Shown piece after piece: positions 11,349 through 14,252 of a DNA stretch of 14,252 nucleotides. The notes under the pieces are model-generated. The model had not been told where the DNA came from, ran no database searches, and worked only from the letters and a program-made list of their open reading frames with translations. The first letter of the stretch is position 1. Each line of letters starts with the position of its first letter. A program made the position numbers and the translations under genes. The DNA lies in contig WBXG01000042.1 in the NCBI GenBank assembly GCA_008932965.1, forward strand, positions 1 through 14,252, written 5' to 3'. This stretch comes from Verrucomicrobiota bacterium. GTDB taxonomy: Bacteria; Verrucomicrobiota; Verrucomicrobiia; Chthoniobacterales; UBA6821.

Positions 11349-13178
11349 ATGATATCGATTGGCACTTCTCGTCCTCGTAATGTTGATTGGCCTCGAGCTG
11401 CAGCCATCCTCTATGGTGATTTAGGAACAAGCAAAGCGTATGTCATTGGACTTGCCTTTGCTGTTGCAGGTTACAGTTCCTTTTGGCTCCTACTGCCGAT
11501 GTGTATTTTGACAACTTTAGTCGGCATCAATTACATGACTATTTGTCGTCTCTATCCCAATGGTGGAGGTGTCTATGCAAGTGTGCGTCATCGCTCGGAG
11601 GTTCTTTCTATTGTTGGAGCATTCCTTCTTATCGCAGACTATCTTGTCACTGCAGCATTAAGCGCCTTATCGGCATTTCAATATTTAGGAGTTCCTAAAC
11701 CGGCCTATTGTGCAGGAGCAGCTATTGTGATTATTGGCTTTTTGAATTTCTTTGGGCCTCGAAAAACGGCTTTTTTAGCAATACTTATCTCAATACCAAC
11801 CGCACTCATTGTTCTTCTTATCTCCATTTTTGCATTGCCACATATAGGAGCAGCAGTTGCTCATCTTCAACCCTTACACGGAAGTTTCGGTCATAGCTGG
11901 ATTAGTTTTGTAGGTATGGTCCTTGCATTATCGGGAATTGAGGCGGTTGCCAATACCACAGGCATTATGAAGCTAGATCCAGGAAGTTCTTTAGAGAATC
12001 CAGTTGTAAAAAAAACATCTACAAAAGCTATCTTTGTGGTTCTTCTGGAAGTCGTCTTCTTTACCGCTTTTTTGGGGCTGTTGATGCTCGCTTTAAAGGG
12101 GCTCACAATCGTTCATGGTGATGTTAATGCTCCTGGAGCAGAGGGGGTACGTGACTACATGTTACGCTATATGGGAGAAATTTTTGTGGGAAACATCTTG
12201 GGAACCCACTGGGGAATCCTTGCTGGCTGCATCATCAGCATCGCTTTTGCACTACTCCTTCTCTCAGCCGTTAATACAGCCATCATCGATTTGATTGCCA
12301 TCTGTTTTTTAATGTCTAAAGACCAAGAGCTGCCCCCTTTTTTTTCCAAACTCAATCAGTTTGGTGTTCCTCACTTTTCCCTAATACCTATGACGCTCAT
12401 TCCTGCTGCACTGGTGATCAGTATAGGTGATATTGCAGCTCTAGCAAATCTCTATGCGATTGGTGTTATAGGGGCCATTGCTACAAATTTAGGATCCACT
12501 TCTACCGACTGGAAACTTCCTATGTTACGACGAGAGCGCTTGCTAATGTTAATGGCATTTGTCGTATTACTCGCCATTGAAATAACTCTTTTTATTGAGA
12601 AACCCAATGCACGTATTTTTGTCGTTACTACATTAGCAATTGGTTTAATCCTGCGTGGTCTCGCTAAAGAGTATGGGCTTCGCAAAGAAGTAAAAGAGAT
12701 GAGCCATTCTATTGAAGATAGTACTACTATTATTACTCCAAGTAGTAATCAAAGTGATGTTGAAAACCGAAAGAAACCTTCTTCTCCTCCCATTTTAGTT
12801 GCCGTAAAAACAAAGTGTAAAACGCTCGATTATGCTTTAAGAGAATCCGATAAAACTGGAAGCCCTCTCTACGTTTTATTTATACGGCAACAACCGATCA
12901 TTACCTCTAAAGATAAAAAAAGAAATTGGCAGAAAGACAAACAAGCAAAAGCTCTCTTTGAAAGTCTAGACCCACAGATGTTAGGAAAAACTATTTTCCC
13001 ATGCTACGTGGTGAGTGATTCGCCGAAGGATACCATTTTAGAGATGATATCAACTCTTGGTGCAGAGTCTCTTATTGTTGGGCCTTCACGCAGGAATGGA
13101 TTAATTCGTATTCTGAGAGAAAATTTAATTGAAAGTCTTTCAAAAAGTCTTCCAGAGAATATCGATCTTGTGGTTTGA
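11349..13178 (+). CDS. APC-superfamily permease fused to a C-terminal universal-stress-protein (USP)-like domain
   Basis: 609-aa ORF. The first ~440 aa are polytopic and hydrophobic, with YPNGGGVYASV typical of amino acid/polyamine permeases. The C-terminal ~140 aa (PPILVAVKTKCKTLDYAL...LYVLFIRQQ...ESLIVGPSRRNGLIRIL) follow the USP alpha/beta pattern. Confidence 0.7.
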   Translation: MISIGTSRPRNVDWPRAAAILYGDLGTSKAYVIGLAFAVAGYSSFWLLLPMCILTTLVGINYMTICRLYPNGGGVYASVRHRSEVLSIVGAFLLIADYLVTAALSALSAFQYLGVPKPAYCAGAAIVIIGFLNFFGPRKTAFLAILISIPTALIVLLISIFALPHIGAAVAHLQPLHGSFGHSWISFVGMVLALSGIEAVANTTGIMKLDPGSSLENPVVKKTSTKAIFVVLLEVVFFTAFLGLLMLALKGLTIVHGDVNAPGAEGVRDYMLRYMGEIFVGNILGTHWGILAGCIISIAFALLLLSAVNTAIIDLIAICFLMSKDQELPPFFSKLNQFGVPHFSLIPMTLIPAALVISIGDIAALANLYAIGVIGAIATNLGSTSTDWKLPMLRRERLLMLMAFVVLLAIEITLFIEKPNARIFVVTTLAIGLILRGLAKEYGLRKEVKEMSHSIEDSTTIITPSSNQSDVENRKKPSSPPILVAVKTKCKTLDYALRESDKTGSPLYVLFIRQQPIITSKDKKRNWQKDKQAKALFESLDPQMLGKTIFPCYVVSDSPKDTILEMISTLGAESLIVGPSRRNGLIRILRENLIESLSKSLPENIDLVV

Positions 13179-13187
13179 GGGTAATCC

Positions 13188-14252
13188 CTATTTGAACATA
13201 TCCCAATAAGCTTTTCTTTGATCCTCTGAATATCCTGCCACAGTATATTGCCACATCTCCTGAATAAGCCTGTTGAGAGGGTGCTCTTTTAAAATACTAG
13301 CAGCTCCACACGAGAGCCGTGCAAGCAAGGCGCACTCTTCTGCCAGTTGTAAACCTTCAGAACGCAAGGTGAGAGGATGATGTACTCCCTCAATGACCCT
13401 TTGGTGGTAATGATTGGATCGCTCTTCTAATGATGCGTATTTTTCAAGAACTTGGGGAGTCGATCCATATTGTCCTTGAAGAATGACTTTGAGTAAGGCT
13501 TTGGAGATTCCTGCAAAATTATACATGCTGGGATGCTCTGAGATTTTTTTAGGTTCCACTCGATGCCTGGCAAGGAGATCATTTTCTTTAATAAGCCACT
13601 GATTTAATGTGATGCTGTGACTCGGGACAGCATTAAAAACTACTGTTTCTATTTTAGGTGAGAGCGTGATTCTTCCTTCCTCCATTTCTAAAGGTTCCAA
13701 AGGCAGCAGTGTATAAAAAAGGATTCCTTCATATTCAAAGGAAAAAAGAAGGTGAGAAAAAAAACTAAAGCCTGTGGTCCAGAGAAATGTTCCTGAAAGG
13801 CGATATCCTTGCGGTACTTTCTCGACTCGAAGCAACTCTTTGTTTTTTTGTAACGCTAGTCCAATTCCTTGATTTTTTAATACAAGTGATTGAAGTAATG
13901 ATTCAACTTTGGGATCAGGTAACAGTTTATTAAGTTGAGCAATAGAAAATTGGTGCTGTGCTTGGAGAAATAAGAGTGCTCCCGAGTATTGAGACATCAA
14001 CACGTTGTACTCAATCCAATGGCGACGTTCTCCTCCAAAGCCTCCAAGATGAGCAGGAATAAGAAGTTTTAAACATCCAAGCTCTACGAGGCGACCGTAG
14101 AAATGACGAAATAAATCCTCTTCGTGATCAAGACGATTGGCAATAGGTGCTATTTCTAATTTTAAGAAAGATTCAAGATTCTGAAAAAAATGATGAGAGT
14201 GATTCCTGAATTCTACTTCTGATGGTAATGAGGAGGCTAGCCCGGATATTTC
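13188..14252 (-). CDS. Acyl-CoA dehydrogenase-family protein; 5' end beyond the right window edge
   Basis: The ORF-track entry 13188..14003 starts at a GTG, but the frame stays open to nt 14252 (355 codons). My translation upstream reads EISGLASSLPSEVEFRNHSHHFFQNLESFLKLEIAPIANRLDHEEDLFRHFYGRLVELGCLKLLIPAHLGGFGGERRHWIEYNV. This has the ACAD N-terminal domain pattern (...P.a...D....f......l.elG.l.l..P...GG.G). Confidence 0.6.
   Translation of the reverse strand, partial: EISGLASSLPSEVEFRNHSHHFFQNLESFLKLEIAPIANRLDHEEDLFRHFYGRLVELGCLKLLIPAHLGGFGGERRHWIEYNVLMSQYSGALLFLQAQHQFSIAQLNKLLPDPKVESLLQSLVLKNQGIGLALQKNKELLRVEKVPQGYRLSGTFLWTTGFSFFSHLLFSFEYEGILFYTLLPLEPLEMEEGRITLSPKIETVVFNAVPSHSITLNQWLIKENDLLARHRVEPKKISEHPSMYNFAGISKALLKVILQGQYGSTPQVLEKYASLEERSNHYHQRVIEGVHHPLTLRSEGLQLAEECALLARLSCGAASILKEHPLNRLIQEMWQYTVAGYSEDQRKAYWDMFK
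14239..14252. mobile_element. Terminus of a further MITE-like element copy (E), truncated by the window edge
   Basis: AGCCCGGATATTTC is the exact reverse complement of GAAATATCCGGGCT at the right ends of copies A and B, and is preceded by TA (14238-14239). Orientation cannot be fixed from the terminus alone. Confidence 0.55.

Noticed and set aside
13176-13200. Possible bidirectional terminator between the convergent permease and ACAD genes
   Set aside because: Only a 4-bp stem (AGGG-TAAT-CCCT) fits in the 9-nt gap. That is too weak to call.

Overview
Gene-dense bacterial chromosomal window, AT-rich (roughly 40% GC by eye) and mostly housekeeping. I cannot assign a taxon; the gene content would fit a host-associated or environmental bacterium. 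Gene order: miaA (partial, -), an RRM-type RNA-binding protein (-), asnB-type asparagine synthase (-), queD (+). Then a minus-strand run of fumC followed by three tandem sulfotransferase-like paralogs with coiled-coil tails. Then on the plus strand a membrane-anchored coiled-coil gene split by a frameshift at an A_AAA_AAG heptamer, a small lipoprotein, ruvC and an APC permease-USP fusion. A partial acyl-CoA-dehydrogenase-like gene (-) converges on the permease. No rRNA, tRNA or CRISPR array seen. The most unusual signal is not in the ORF track. A ~177-181 bp MITE-like element with terminal inverted repeats (core CCCGGATATTTCAT / ATGAAATATCCGGG), mostly flanked by TA(A), occurs at least five times in 14 kb. 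One copy exactly fills the gap between two convergent stop codons. Two 177-bp copies sit in frame inside the middle sulfotransferase paralog and account for nearly all of its extra length (476 aa versus about 350). One copy lies upstream of ruvC. One terminus lies in the open 5' end of the acyl-CoA dehydrogenase ORF at the window edge. This resembles the in-frame palindromic elements known from Rickettsia (RPEs). Secondary points are the fumC-coupled sulfotransferase trio, a candidate -1 frameshift site, and a 19-nt motif shared upstream of two genes.
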